Source of the DNA: Planctomycetota bacterium
Lineage (GTDB): Bacteria > Planctomycetota > GCA-002687715 > DRQF01
Assembly (NCBI GenBank): GCA_036479435.1
Contig: JAZGFI010000151.1
Location: 1-35,466 of the forward strand
DNA: 35,466 nt
Reading direction: 5' to 3'
Numbering within the stretch: the first letter of the stretch is position 1; each line of letters starts with the position of its first letter. The notes under the pieces were generated by a model. That model worked only from the letters and a program-made list of their open reading frames with translations. It did not search any database and was not told the DNA's origin. Positions 26,685 through 35,466 of the stretch are shown in pieces. A program made the translations under genes and the position numbers.

Positions 26685-28040
26685 ATGTCACTACGATTTG
26701 CGTTTCTCCTCGTTTTGGTTCCACTGCTTTTGGTGCTGAGTTTGAGACGACCCCTGTGGGGTTTGTTCTCGCTGATGTTCATGTACTACTTTCGTCCCGA
26801 CGTTTGGGGCAAGCCCGGCTGGTGGCGACCGGTCGAGTGGCTCTCGATCGCAACTTTTGTGTCATGGATGATGCGAGGCAAGAGCATCCGGATAGCACCA
26901 GTCTTTCTCGTTTCCGTCTTCTTGCTGTTTACGATGGTGATCTGTAGCGAGAGGGCGATCGCTAGCAAGCAGACTTCCTACGATACGACTTTGATCATAT
27001 TGAAATTGGTCTTTGCCCAGTTCATCGTCATTCAAACTGTCCGCGACATGAACACGCTCAGAGTGTTCTTGTGGGTGAACATTCTCGCCAATCTTTGGAC
27101 TCTAAAGTCGGCGCTCGTTCAGACTATTGCCGGTGGTGGTGCGCGAGTGGATCTGGGGGCGGGGCAAGGCGGTGGGGCGAATTACTTGGCCATGGTGTTC
27201 GTCATGGGTCTTCCTATTCTCTATTTTCGTTACCTACACGGTTCGAAATTGGAGAGGAAAATTGCCCTGATGATCGCGCCGCTTTATGTCATTGCCGTCG
27301 TCGGGACGGGTTCACGCGGTGGCTTCTTGGCGCTGTTTTTCACGATGGCCTTTTTGTCCATTCGCTCGGGAAAAAAGCTCGCCGGATTCATAGTCATGCT
27401 ACTCTTGTCGGCAGTCTTTGTGATCGCGATTCCCCAAGAGAAATGGGAGCGCTTTACGAATACCTTCAGCGGTGAAGGCAAAGAGGCCGCGTCTAAGAAC
27501 AGCCGTCTTCGCTTGTGGGCGGGTGGCTTGAAGATGTTCAAGAAGTCGCCCATCACCGGCGTCGGCCACGACAACTATCAGATTCTTTCGCCTAGCATCG
27601 TGGGGGTTTTCGCTGGCAAGAACCCTATCCCCTACGATTCGGCGCTCGAAGGTCGGCCTGGCTACGAGGGATTCGTGGCGCACAGCACCTGGATTCAATC
27701 CTTAGCCGACAGCGGGCTGATCGGCTCCATCCCGTTTTTCTCCCTGTTTATCATGTCGTTCTTCACGCTCTATCGCGTGCGCCGTTTGAAACTGCCTCCC
27801 GACATCGAAAAACAGGTCAGGGTCTCAAGCCAGATATTGGAGGCCATCTTGTGGGCCTTCATCATCGGGTCCAGTTTCGCCAGCCATTTCAAGTTGGATT
27901 TTCTGTGGTGGTACTTTGGAGCGGTGGGCGCCTTGGGCTTGATCGCCGATCAGAAAGCTTCAGAGTGGCGGCAGTTTCGAGAGGCTCAATTAGAGAGCAT
28001 TCGACAAGAATCAGTCGGTCCGCAACCGACGCAGATCTGA
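26685..28040 (+). CDS. O-antigen ligase/polymerase (Wzy_C) family membrane protein
   Basis: About 10-12 hydrophobic segments, TGSRGGFLAL, SRLRLW...MFKKSPITGVG, AHSTWIQSLADSGLIG. Confidence 0.85.
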   Translation: MSLRFAFLLVLVPLLLVLSLRRPLWGLFSLMFMYYFRPDVWGKPGWWRPVEWLSIATFVSWMMRGKSIRIAPVFLVSVFLLFTMVICSERAIASKQTSYDTTLIILKLVFAQFIVIQTVRDMNTLRVFLWVNILANLWTLKSALVQTIAGGGARVDLGAGQGGGANYLAMVFVMGLPILYFRYLHGSKLERKIALMIAPLYVIAVVGTGSRGGFLALFFTMAFLSIRSGKKLAGFIVMLLLSAVFVIAIPQEKWERFTNTFSGEGKEAASKNSRLRLWAGGLKMFKKSPITGVGHDNYQILSPSIVGVFAGKNPIPYDSALEGRPGYEGFVAHSTWIQSLADSGLIGSIPFFSLFIMSFFTLYRVRRLKLPPDIEKQVRVSSQILEAILWAFIIGSSFASHFKLDFLWWYFGAVGALGLIADQKASEWRQFREAQLESIRQESVGPQPTQI

Positions 28041-28059
28041 GCGAGTAGGTAAAAGATCC

Positions 28060-29961
28060 ATGTGTGGCATCGCCGGAGTGTTGGCGGACCCAGAGCGCGG
28101 TCAGGCGAGTCTGGACGAAGTTCGCGCCATGACCGCAGCTCTTAAGTTACGGGGACCGGATGGCCAATCCGCCGCCCTTTTTGACGGGGCTGCTCTCGGG
28201 CACGCTCGGTTGGCGATCATCGACCTTGTCACCGGTGATCAGCCTCAGTTCAACTCCGACGAAAGCGTTGTCGTTGTCGTCAACGGCGAGATCTACAACT
28301 ACGTCGAGTTGCGTCGTGAACTCGAATCCCGCGGTCATCGATTCAAGACCCAGAGCGACATCGAGGTCATTCCACACCTTTATGACGAACACGGTGATGC
28401 CTTCATCGAAAAGCTGCGCGGCATGTTCGCCATCGCTTTGTTTGACCGTAGGCGCAGGCGTCTATTTTTGGTCAGAGACCGTCTCGGAAAAAAACCCCTC
28501 TATTGGCGAAAGCACTCCAATCGTTTGTCGTTTGCATCGGAGATCAAGGGGCTTTTGGCCGCCGATGACCAGGGCCTGACGATAGACGCGGAGGCGATCG
28601 AGGACTTTTTCACTTTTCAGTACATTCCCGCGCCGAAGACGGCGTTTCGTGAGATTCGAAAGATCCCGGCCGCCCACTATCTTCTGGTCGAAAACGGCAA
28701 AGAGCGCCTGGTCGAATACTGGGCTCCACCCGAAGCCGCTGACGAATCGCTCACGATGGACGACGCGATGGGCCGCCTGGAGGAGATCTTTGACGAATCC
28801 GTGAAGATTCGTCTTCGATCTGATGTGCCGCTCGGTGCCTTTTTGTCTTCCGGCATCGACAGCACGATCGTCGCCGCCACCGCAGCGCCCATGATGCCGA
28901 AGGGGCTCAGCACGACGACCATCGCCTTTGACCACGCTCCGAAAAGCGAGGTGAAACTTGCCGAAAGTGTGGCCGCGCGGCTCGGGACCAAGCATCACAC
29001 CCGGAGAATCGAAGCGGATATCCCCAAGGTCTTCGACGCGGTTTCGAGTTACCTCGACGAACCACTTGGCGACTCCAGTACCTTGCCGACTTGGCTGGTT
29101 TCCAACGTGACGCGTGAAGACGTTAAGGTCGCTATTTCCGGAGACGGCGGTGACGAGTCCTTTGGCGGCTACGCACGGCGATACCACCAAAACCTTCAGT
29201 TCGCCCGAATTCGCGACAAGATCCCCGCAAAGTCGATGCAGTCGGCGATTGGTTTTTTATCGCGCATCTACCCGAAGCTCGATTTCATGCCGGCCCCTTT
29301 CCGCTTGAAGTACGGCCTTCGCAACTTGGCGGTACACGCTGAAACCGCGTACTTTTTGGACATGTCGGTGATGCGCCCCGAGGACAAGGCGCGGCTGTGG
29401 CGACCGGAGTTTCAGCATCGGCTCGGCGACTACGATGCCAGCGAAATCATCTCGGCGCCATTTCGCCGCCGGTCGGGAGGCGATTTGCTGTCGAAACTGC
29501 TCTACGTCGATCTCAAGACCTATCTCGCCGACGGGGTGTTGGCGAAGGTCGATCGGATGAGCATGGCCAACTCATTGGAGGTGCGATCGCCCTTGCTGGA
29601 TCAAGAGATCGTCGAGCTTGCCTTTAGCTTGCCGGCGCATCTCAAGATGGCGGGGAGCGTTGGTAAGCTCCCGCTACGAGAGTTGGCTCGAAGGCGAGTG
29701 GGTGCCGATGTCGCGGATGCGCCAAAACAGGGATTTGCCCCACCCTTGTCGGGTTGGCTTCGAAGCGGTCTGTTTCCGGCCCTCGACGCCTCATTGCATT
29801 CAAAAGACTCCGCTCTGAATGAGATCATGGACATCTCCGTGCTGCAAAAGATGTACGCCGAGCACCGTTCGGGAAGCAGAGACTGGTCGCGACCGCTGTG
29901 GTTGGCCCACTGTTTTGAGACTTGGTACCAGCGTTTCGGTAAGCGAGCGAACTGGGCATGA
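28060..29961 (+). CDS. asnB: Asparagine synthase-like glutamine amidotransferase (probably glycan-amidating)
   Basis: MCGIAG, RGPDG, LGHARLAIIDL, NGEIYNY, RDRLGKKPLY, FLSSGIDS, SGDGGDE, KVDRMSMANSLEVRSPLLD, KQGF. Confidence 0.92.
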   Translation: MCGIAGVLADPERGQASLDEVRAMTAALKLRGPDGQSAALFDGAALGHARLAIIDLVTGDQPQFNSDESVVVVVNGEIYNYVELRRELESRGHRFKTQSDIEVIPHLYDEHGDAFIEKLRGMFAIALFDRRRRRLFLVRDRLGKKPLYWRKHSNRLSFASEIKGLLAADDQGLTIDAEAIEDFFTFQYIPAPKTAFREIRKIPAAHYLLVENGKERLVEYWAPPEAADESLTMDDAMGRLEEIFDESVKIRLRSDVPLGAFLSSGIDSTIVAATAAPMMPKGLSTTTIAFDHAPKSEVKLAESVAARLGTKHHTRRIEADIPKVFDAVSSYLDEPLGDSSTLPTWLVSNVTREDVKVAISGDGGDESFGGYARRYHQNLQFARIRDKIPAKSMQSAIGFLSRIYPKLDFMPAPFRLKYGLRNLAVHAETAYFLDMSVMRPEDKARLWRPEFQHRLGDYDASEIISAPFRRRSGGDLLSKLLYVDLKTYLADGVLAKVDRMSMANSLEVRSPLLDQEIVELAFSLPAHLKMAGSVGKLPLRELARRRVGADVADAPKQGFAPPLSGWLRSGLFPALDASLHSKDSALNEIMDISVLQKMYAEHRSGSRDWSRPLWLAHCFETWYQRFGKRANWA

Positions 29962-31181
29962 GCCGAGAGCAAAACTCAGCCTCCAAGACGCGCGTGCTGT
30001 CGGTCTCCACGATCTTTCCCAGTTCTGACCGTCCCACCGAAGGTGTGTTTGTTCACCAGCGCCAAAAACACTTGCCGCAGGAATTCAAAGTTGACGTCGT
30101 GAGGATGCGGCCGAGCTTTCCGATTTTGGACCGCCTGCGCCCTCACCTCGCCCCGCAAAGTAAAGACTTCGAAACCGTCGATGGCCTCGGCGTCCACGAC
30201 CTTCGCTTTTACTACACGCCCCGATTCTTCAAGAGTTGGGATGGCGACCACCTCGCGCGTTGCCTGCTGCGCTGGCTGAACGCTCGGCCCGAGACCTACG
30301 ATTTGCTCGACGCGCACTTTGCGTTTCCGACCGGCTACGGCGTGGTCAAGGTGGCGCGAAAACTGGGAATTCCTTCGATGATGACTTTGCGGGGTACGAT
30401 GCCGAGCTATTTGAGCGATGCGAGGGCAGCGAAGATCCGCGAGGGCCTTTTGGGAGCTGATCATGTCGTTGCGGTGTCGCAGTCACTCGCGGACCAAGCT
30501 TGTGAACTCGCGGGCCAAGACTTATTGGTGACTGTCATTGGCAACGGAGTCGACACTGAGCGCTTTCGGCCCAATGACCGAGTGTCGGCACGCGCGAAGA
30601 TTAGCGGCGTGCCGGGGTGCCAAGACTTGAGTGAGGGCCCGGTTCTTTTGACGGTCGGCGGGCTGGTTCCTCGTAAAGGGGTTCAACGGGTCCTCGAAGT
30701 CATGCCGGCCGTCTTAGAACGTCATCCTCGGGCGCGTTACCTCGTTGTGGGGGGCGGAGGGGCCGAAGGCAATTTTGAGTCCGAGTTGAGATCCAGACGA
30801 GCGGCACTGGGGTTAGAGACAGCGGTCAGCTTTGTGGGGCCTATCGCTCCTGAGCGCCTCGCTGACTTTTATTGCGCCGCAGATTTGTTTGTTCTGGCGA
30901 CCGCCAACGAGGGCTGGGCCAATGCCTTGCAAGAAGCACTCGCCTGCGGCACGCCCGTGGTGACGACGGCGGTCGGCGGAAATAGCGAAGTTGTCGGGGG
31001 GCAAGAGCAGGGAATCGTCGTACCATTTGGCGACACCCCGGCACTAGAGTCAGCGGTTCTCGCCGCTCTTGACTTAGAATTCGACCGGTCGGTGATCGCG
31101 CGCTGGGGAAGACGGCGCGACTGGAATGACGTCGGGCGAGAAGTCGCTCATGTCTATCGAGAGATCTTGGCCTCTCGCTGA
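29958..31181 (+). CDS. GT4 glycosyltransferase (TuaC-like)
   Basis: STIFP...GVFV, DAHFAFPTG, TLRG, VIGNGVD, VGGLVPRKG, EGWANALQEALACGTPVV. Confidence 0.87.
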   Translation: MSREQNSASKTRVLSVSTIFPSSDRPTEGVFVHQRQKHLPQEFKVDVVRMRPSFPILDRLRPHLAPQSKDFETVDGLGVHDLRFYYTPRFFKSWDGDHLARCLLRWLNARPETYDLLDAHFAFPTGYGVVKVARKLGIPSMMTLRGTMPSYLSDARAAKIREGLLGADHVVAVSQSLADQACELAGQDLLVTVIGNGVDTERFRPNDRVSARAKISGVPGCQDLSEGPVLLTVGGLVPRKGVQRVLEVMPAVLERHPRARYLVVGGGGAEGNFESELRSRRAALGLETAVSFVGPIAPERLADFYCAADLFVLATANEGWANALQEALACGTPVVTTAVGGNSEVVGGQEQGIVVPFGDTPALESAVLAALDLEFDRSVIARWGRRRDWNDVGREVAHVYREILASR

Positions 31182-31234
31182 CATGGGGCATGTGCTCCAT
31201 GACGCTGGTGATGATGATGACGAAGGACTGACGA

Positions 31235-33250
31235 ATGAGCCCTAAAAAGATCTGCTTTCTCCTCGTCCTTGCCATCATCCTCGGCGCCTTCGTCATTCGC
31301 CTCAGCGGAATCAATGACCGCGGATTTCCCTTCAGCTACTACGACGACGAAACCGCAAACCTAAAACGAGCGGTTCGTTTCTACAATCCCGCGACGGGCT
31401 TGGAACTCAATCCGCATTGGTTCAACAAGCCCGCCTTGGGCTACTACGTCAATTTCGGCGAGTTTGGTTTTTACTACCTCTACGGCCATCACGTTAGTGG
31501 GGAATTCGAAAACCCCTCCGACTTCGCGGCAGCGTTCTTTAGGGACCGAGGGACTTTTTACTACATCGCCCGGTTCTACAACTGCATCAGCGCGGCGCTC
31601 ACCGTGTGGGTTCTCTTCGCTTTGGCGTCAAGGCTCTACGGTCGGCGTACCGGCCTGCTCGCGGCCTTCATCCTCGCGATCTTGCCCGGACATGTGATCT
31701 GGAGCCAGATGGTCAAACACGACATCTTGGCCACGCTTTTTGCCACTTTGTCGATGGCTTGTTTGCTAAAGGCTCACGACCAAGGTCGCTTGCGTCACTG
31801 GATCTTGGCCGGTGCTTTTGCGGGCTTCGGTGCTGCCACCAAATACGTGCCCATTTTCATGGCGGTGCCCATCGCGTGCTTATGGGCTTTCGGCCCGCGC
31901 CCGCGGCTTACCAAGCAAGCGATCCTAAAACCCTTCGCCGCGGCCATCGCGCTCGTCGGGGCTTTTTTCATCGGCTCGCCCTACAACTTTCTTGACGGGC
32001 AGTGGCTTCGGAACAACCTCGGCCCGCAGTTCGACTTTGCCCAGCAGTTGTTGTTTGGCGCCGGTGACGTTGATCCTAGCCAGGACAACTGGTTTTCGCA
32101 GCTCAACCGGTTCTACGCGGTGCTCGATAACGCGAGCTGTCTGGGGCTCGCCATGATCGTGTTGGCCCTTGTCGGTGCGGTGGTCGCCTTGCGTAGTTCC
32201 GCGCGAGGTGGGACGGCTTTGATGTTGGCGATGATCGTCATGAGTGTCTTTGCAGTTACCGCCATCAACGAGCAGTTTCCGCAGGAAAACCACCTCGTGA
32301 TTCTCTATCCCCTTGCCGCTGTGCTCGCCGCCCGGGGCATCGCAGCTTTGATCGGCTTCATTCCGCAACCTTGGCGAGACCGACCCTTGACCTGGTTTGC
32401 AGCGGCGGCATTGTTGTTGACACCCATCTTCGGGCTGCCAGGACACGGGCTTTTATTGGAGTACCAGGCCTTGCAGCGGCCGGTGACCAAGTTGGCAGCC
32501 TACCATTGGATCGAGGCCAACATCCCGTCGGGAGAAACCATCGTTATCGACCACGGCATTGTTCACCTCGACTATTCGGATTCGCGGCTGGATTGGGCTG
32601 ACCAGCGTGTCCAGCACGCTCTCAAAGAATCGCGAGCACGCATTAAAGTCTTGGAAACAAGGCCTTCCGACAAGACCGCAGAGGAACTGAAGTACCATGT
32701 CGAACGCGCGAACCGCTACTCACAATACCAACTAGAATGGGAGTTCGCGCGAGCTGCCGAGGCGCAAGGGAAGAGGCCGCGCTACGACGCCATCGTGGTG
32801 CAACACGTCTGGCAAACGAACATCAAAGAAGAGATCGAAAGTAAGATCTTTGGCTACAACGATCTTTGGGCCAGCCGGGCGCTATCCCTTCCCGCGGATT
32901 TGGCTCCCGTTGAGCGTTATCGCGCCCTTCGATCGAAGCTCCCCGATTCGATGACGGTGGCGCAAAAGCGAGATCACCCGGTCTTGGATCAGCCGGTGAA
33001 CTATTGGGTGACGGCAAGAAAGTCCTACGACAACTACGTCACCGAGCAGAAAGTCGAGTCTTTTCCCGAGTACACGGCCTTTTATCGGGACCTACATGCG
33101 CACTACGACTGCTGGGAATTTCCTGGGACCCACGGCGATCAGGGACTCGATACCGTTCGCATTTACGATTTGCGGCGTCGCGTCGAACGGCCGAAGGTCA
33201 CAAAAATCGACCCGGCAGATTGGATGACGGCTCAACTTGGGGCCCGCTAG
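31235..33250 (+). CDS. GT-C fold membrane glycosyltransferase (ArnT/PMT_2, GT39/GT83-like) with a large C-terminal soluble domain
   Basis: TM1 followed by acidic YYDDE, HWFNKP, AR...SAALTV, GLLAAFILA, GFGAATKY, multiple TMs, then WIEANIPSG. Confidence 0.8.
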   Translation: MSPKKICFLLVLAIILGAFVIRLSGINDRGFPFSYYDDETANLKRAVRFYNPATGLELNPHWFNKPALGYYVNFGEFGFYYLYGHHVSGEFENPSDFAAAFFRDRGTFYYIARFYNCISAALTVWVLFALASRLYGRRTGLLAAFILAILPGHVIWSQMVKHDILATLFATLSMACLLKAHDQGRLRHWILAGAFAGFGAATKYVPIFMAVPIACLWAFGPRPRLTKQAILKPFAAAIALVGAFFIGSPYNFLDGQWLRNNLGPQFDFAQQLLFGAGDVDPSQDNWFSQLNRFYAVLDNASCLGLAMIVLALVGAVVALRSSARGGTALMLAMIVMSVFAVTAINEQFPQENHLVILYPLAAVLAARGIAALIGFIPQPWRDRPLTWFAAAALLLTPIFGLPGHGLLLEYQALQRPVTKLAAYHWIEANIPSGETIVIDHGIVHLDYSDSRLDWADQRVQHALKESRARIKVLETRPSDKTAEELKYHVERANRYSQYQLEWEFARAAEAQGKRPRYDAIVVQHVWQTNIKEEIESKIFGYNDLWASRALSLPADLAPVERYRALRSKLPDSMTVAQKRDHPVLDQPVNYWVTARKSYDNYVTEQKVESFPEYTAFYRDLHAHYDCWEFPGTHGDQGLDTVRIYDLRRRVERPKVTKIDPADWMTAQLGAR

Positions 33251-33492
33251 TCGTCATGGATCAGGAGGCGGGGTGGGTAAAGTCGCCTTAGTGCAGTGCA
33301 ATCCGGTCTCGGCCCGATAATGGGCACGGACACGCCCATGGGGAAATCCCGTCTTAGGGGCGCCACCGGGTGGTTTTACGACAGGGTCGCGGGCCCCGTT
33401 TGCCGTAAAGGCGCTAAATTCGGTCTTTGCGGGCAGAATAGAGAGCCGCTGTTTGGAGGGCTGCGAATAAATCCCAGCATATATCTTTCGAG

Positions 33493-33520
33493 TTGACCCC
33501 TGACTAGCTCGGCGTATACT
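33493..33520 (+). promoter_or_regulatory. Putative sigma70-type promoter
   Basis: TTGACC (33493-33498), 16-nt spacer, TATACT (33515-33520), with AT-rich sequence just upstream. Confidence 0.6.
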
Positions 33521-33735
33521 TGGCGGACCCTTGGGAGATCAAAACTCTCACCTTTGTTCTCACGCGCCGCCGATCGTCAAAGAAAATCAACGTGTTCGAG
33601 CAAAGTGATCCCGAAACCAAGTCGGGTTCCGCTCATTCCAAGGTGTGCTTGGTCCCAGCCAAAAAGTTGGCGGCTCTTCTATTAAGAAGTCGTAGGCTGG
33701 CGGACCCAGGACCCTAAACGGAGAAACATTGCGGC

Positions 33736-34356
33736 ATGCCAACCGCCTCCATCACCACCCAGCCTCAACGCTCCTACGCTCCCATTAAGGGCTTGGCGGA
33801 CCGCGTTTTCGCGTTATTTGGGATTGTGGTGTTGCTGCCAGGATTGGCACTTATCGCGCTCTTGGTCAAGATGACGTCTCGTGGCCCCGTGTTTTTCCGT
33901 CAGGAACGAGTCGGCCAATTCGGCCGTCATTTCTTCATCTTGAAGTTTAGAACGATGGTCGTCGACGCCGAACTGGCGACCGGCCCCATTTGGGCCCAAG
34001 AAAACGATCCGCGCTGCACCAAGATCGGGCGGTTCTTACGTCTCTCCCATCTGGACGAGCTGCCCCAACTGCTCAACGTGTTGATGGGCGACATGAGTCT
34101 CGTTGGGCCACGTCCCGAACGCCCCATGTTCGTGCAGCAGTTCAAACGTGAGTTTTCAAATTACGAAGACCGCCTCGCCGTCAAGCCCGGCATCACGGGT
34201 CTCGCTCAGGTTTATCACACCTACGACGCGACCATCCGCGACGTCCGCAAAAAACTCGCCTACGATCTGCTTTACGTCAAAAAGATGTGCATGATGACCG
34301 ATATTGTCATCATCTTCTTGACCGTGCGTTGCCTCACAGGTCGCGGCGCCCGCTGA
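33736..34356 (+). CDS. Initiating phosphoglycosyl transferase (Bac_transf; short PglC/WcaJ C-terminal type)
   Basis: K..ADRVFA plus a hydrophobic helix, GPVFFRQERVG, KFRTM, DPRCTKIGRFLR, LDELPQLLNVLMGDMSLVGPRPERP, VKPGITGLAQV. Confidence 0.93.
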   Translation: MPTASITTQPQRSYAPIKGLADRVFALFGIVVLLPGLALIALLVKMTSRGPVFFRQERVGQFGRHFFILKFRTMVVDAELATGPIWAQENDPRCTKIGRFLRLSHLDELPQLLNVLMGDMSLVGPRPERPMFVQQFKREFSNYEDRLAVKPGITGLAQVYHTYDATIRDVRKKLAYDLLYVKKMCMMTDIVIIFLTVRCLTGRGAR

Positions 34357-34423
34357 TAAGGTAGTTTTTCGATCAGCCGGAGAAGGGGGCATACGCCCCT
34401 AGCGCCACGCGCGACGCCCCACC

Positions 34424-35338
34424 ATGGCCCCCCAAAACCAAGACCAAGATCTCACCCAGCCCGACCTTAAAGTCGCCAACGCGATGACGATTGACGTCGA
34501 GGATTACTTCCAGGTGGGCGTTTTCCAAGATCGCATCAAGACCGATGATTGGCACTCTTTTGAAAGCCGCGTCGAGCACAACCTCGACCGCTGCCTAGCG
34601 CGTTTGGACGCCAAAGGCATCAAGGCTACCTTCTTTGTATTAGGTTGGCTTGCGGAGCGCTTCCCGGCAGCGATTCGCAGGCTCGATCTTGAGGGGCATG
34701 AAGTCGCCAGTCACGGCTATGGCCACCAGCCGATTTGGAAGCTCAATCCTGAGTCCTTCCGCGAAGACATCAAGCGAGCTCAAGGGGAGATCGGAGCCGC
34801 TATTGGCCGCGCCCCGCGCAGCTACCGGGCTCCTTGTTTTAGCATCACGAAAAAGACCCTGTGGGCGCTCGACATCTTGGCCGAAGAGGGCATCGTGCAA
34901 GATTCGAGCATTTTTCCAGTGTCTCATCCCGAGTACGGAATACCCGACGCCGAAAAGTCCATCCACCGTATCCGTCTCGCGAATGGCGCCGAGCTGTGGG
35001 AGTTTCCGATGACCGTAGGACGTTTGTGCGGCAAGACGATGGCGTTTTGTGGAGGAGGCTGGTTTCGTCTTTTCCCCTACTGGGTAACACGCCGTGCGCT
35101 TAGAAAGTCCTGCCGCGATGGCGTTCCCTTCGTCTTCTACTTACATCCTTGGGAACTTGATCCCGACCAGCCCGACTTGCGCCAACTCACAACCAAGCTC
35201 GGTCGCTTTCGGCATTACGTCAATTTGCATCGAAACGAAGCCAAGTTCGCCCAGCTCCTCGAAGATTTCACCTTCACCAGGCTTGAGGACATCTTCGCGG
35301 CCTACGCTGGGCGCGACGTCCCGGTCGTGAGCTACTAG
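34424..35338 (+). CDS. Polysaccharide deacetylase resembling the XrtA-system (TIGR03006/DUF3473) family
   Basis: NAMTIDVEDYFQV, ATFFVLGW, GHEVASHGYGH, YRAPCFSI, DSSIFP, GGGWFRLFPY, FYLHPWELDPDQP, FRHYVNL. Confidence 0.92.
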   Translation: MAPQNQDQDLTQPDLKVANAMTIDVEDYFQVGVFQDRIKTDDWHSFESRVEHNLDRCLARLDAKGIKATFFVLGWLAERFPAAIRRLDLEGHEVASHGYGHQPIWKLNPESFREDIKRAQGEIGAAIGRAPRSYRAPCFSITKKTLWALDILAEEGIVQDSSIFPVSHPEYGIPDAEKSIHRIRLANGAELWEFPMTVGRLCGKTMAFCGGGWFRLFPYWVTRRALRKSCRDGVPFVFYLHPWELDPDQPDLRQLTTKLGRFRHYVNLHRNEAKFAQLLEDFTFTRLEDIFAAYAGRDVPVVSY

Positions 35339-35466
35339 CCCTCGAACAAGCGCGCATTTTGACTTTGGGGTCGTGACGAGAAGGATTGCCGTCGAGGCGT
35401 ACCGCGTCTGCAGTACGTTGAAATCGGTCGGGTTCCATTGATCACGTTTTTCACCTTGCAGTACGC

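Noticed and set aside
31182..31234. Small hairpin (CATGGGGCA/TGCTCCATG) and a TGA x4 run between the GT4 and GT-C genes
   Set aside because: Both are short, there is no U-tract, and four trinucleotide units are too few to suggest phase variation.
33520..33717. 65-aa ORF as a leader peptide
   Set aside because: Its TTG start overlaps the predicted -10 box and lies upstream of the likely TSS. It has no RBS and no telling composition.
35339..35466. TGCAGTACG 9-mer repeated at 35409 and 35457, and open minus-strand frames at the window end
   Set aside because: There are only two short copies at the edge, and too little sequence to call a repeat array or gene.

Overview
A GC-rich bacterial chromosomal segment. 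Planctomycetota-like affinity is only an inference from protein style and was not tested. The left ~9 kb is mostly housekeeping. It starts with a minus-strand S41/CtpA-type protease of unusual architecture (signal peptide, HEAT-like repeats, PDZ domain, and six tandem DxNxNG-type repeats inserted just after the catalytic Lys) and a SAM methyltransferase. These are followed on the + strand by comM/yifB, moaC, asd, accB and accC. From ~9.1 kb to the end is a co-oriented ~26 kb surface-polysaccharide region in three apparent units. (i) 9.2-19.7 kb, nucleotide-sugar genes: UDP-GlcA decarboxylase, glmS, a WbpA/WecC-type dehydrogenase, two 4-epimerases, wecB, rmlA-rmlD-rmlB without rmlC, and a DPM1-like GT2. 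(ii) 20.0-33.3 kb, an export and assembly operon resembling exosortase-A/PEP-CTERM EPS loci: OPX lipoprotein, chain-length protein, ExeA-like ATPase, BY-kinase-like protein, GT4s, O-antigen-ligase-like protein, AsnB, and a GT-C (ArnT/PMT-like) transferase. (iii) 33.7-35.3 kb, an initiating phosphoglycosyl transferase and a polysaccharide deacetylase behind a clear sigma70-like promoter and a long structured leader. The most notable points are that no exosortase gene is visible in this XrtA-type locus, the BY-kinase has lost its Walker A Lys and its Tyr cluster (likely a pseudokinase), rmlC is missing, and the Ctp protease carries a repeat insertion. No RNA genes, CRISPR arrays or mobile elements were recognised. 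Family assignments come from motif recognition by eye, not database searches.
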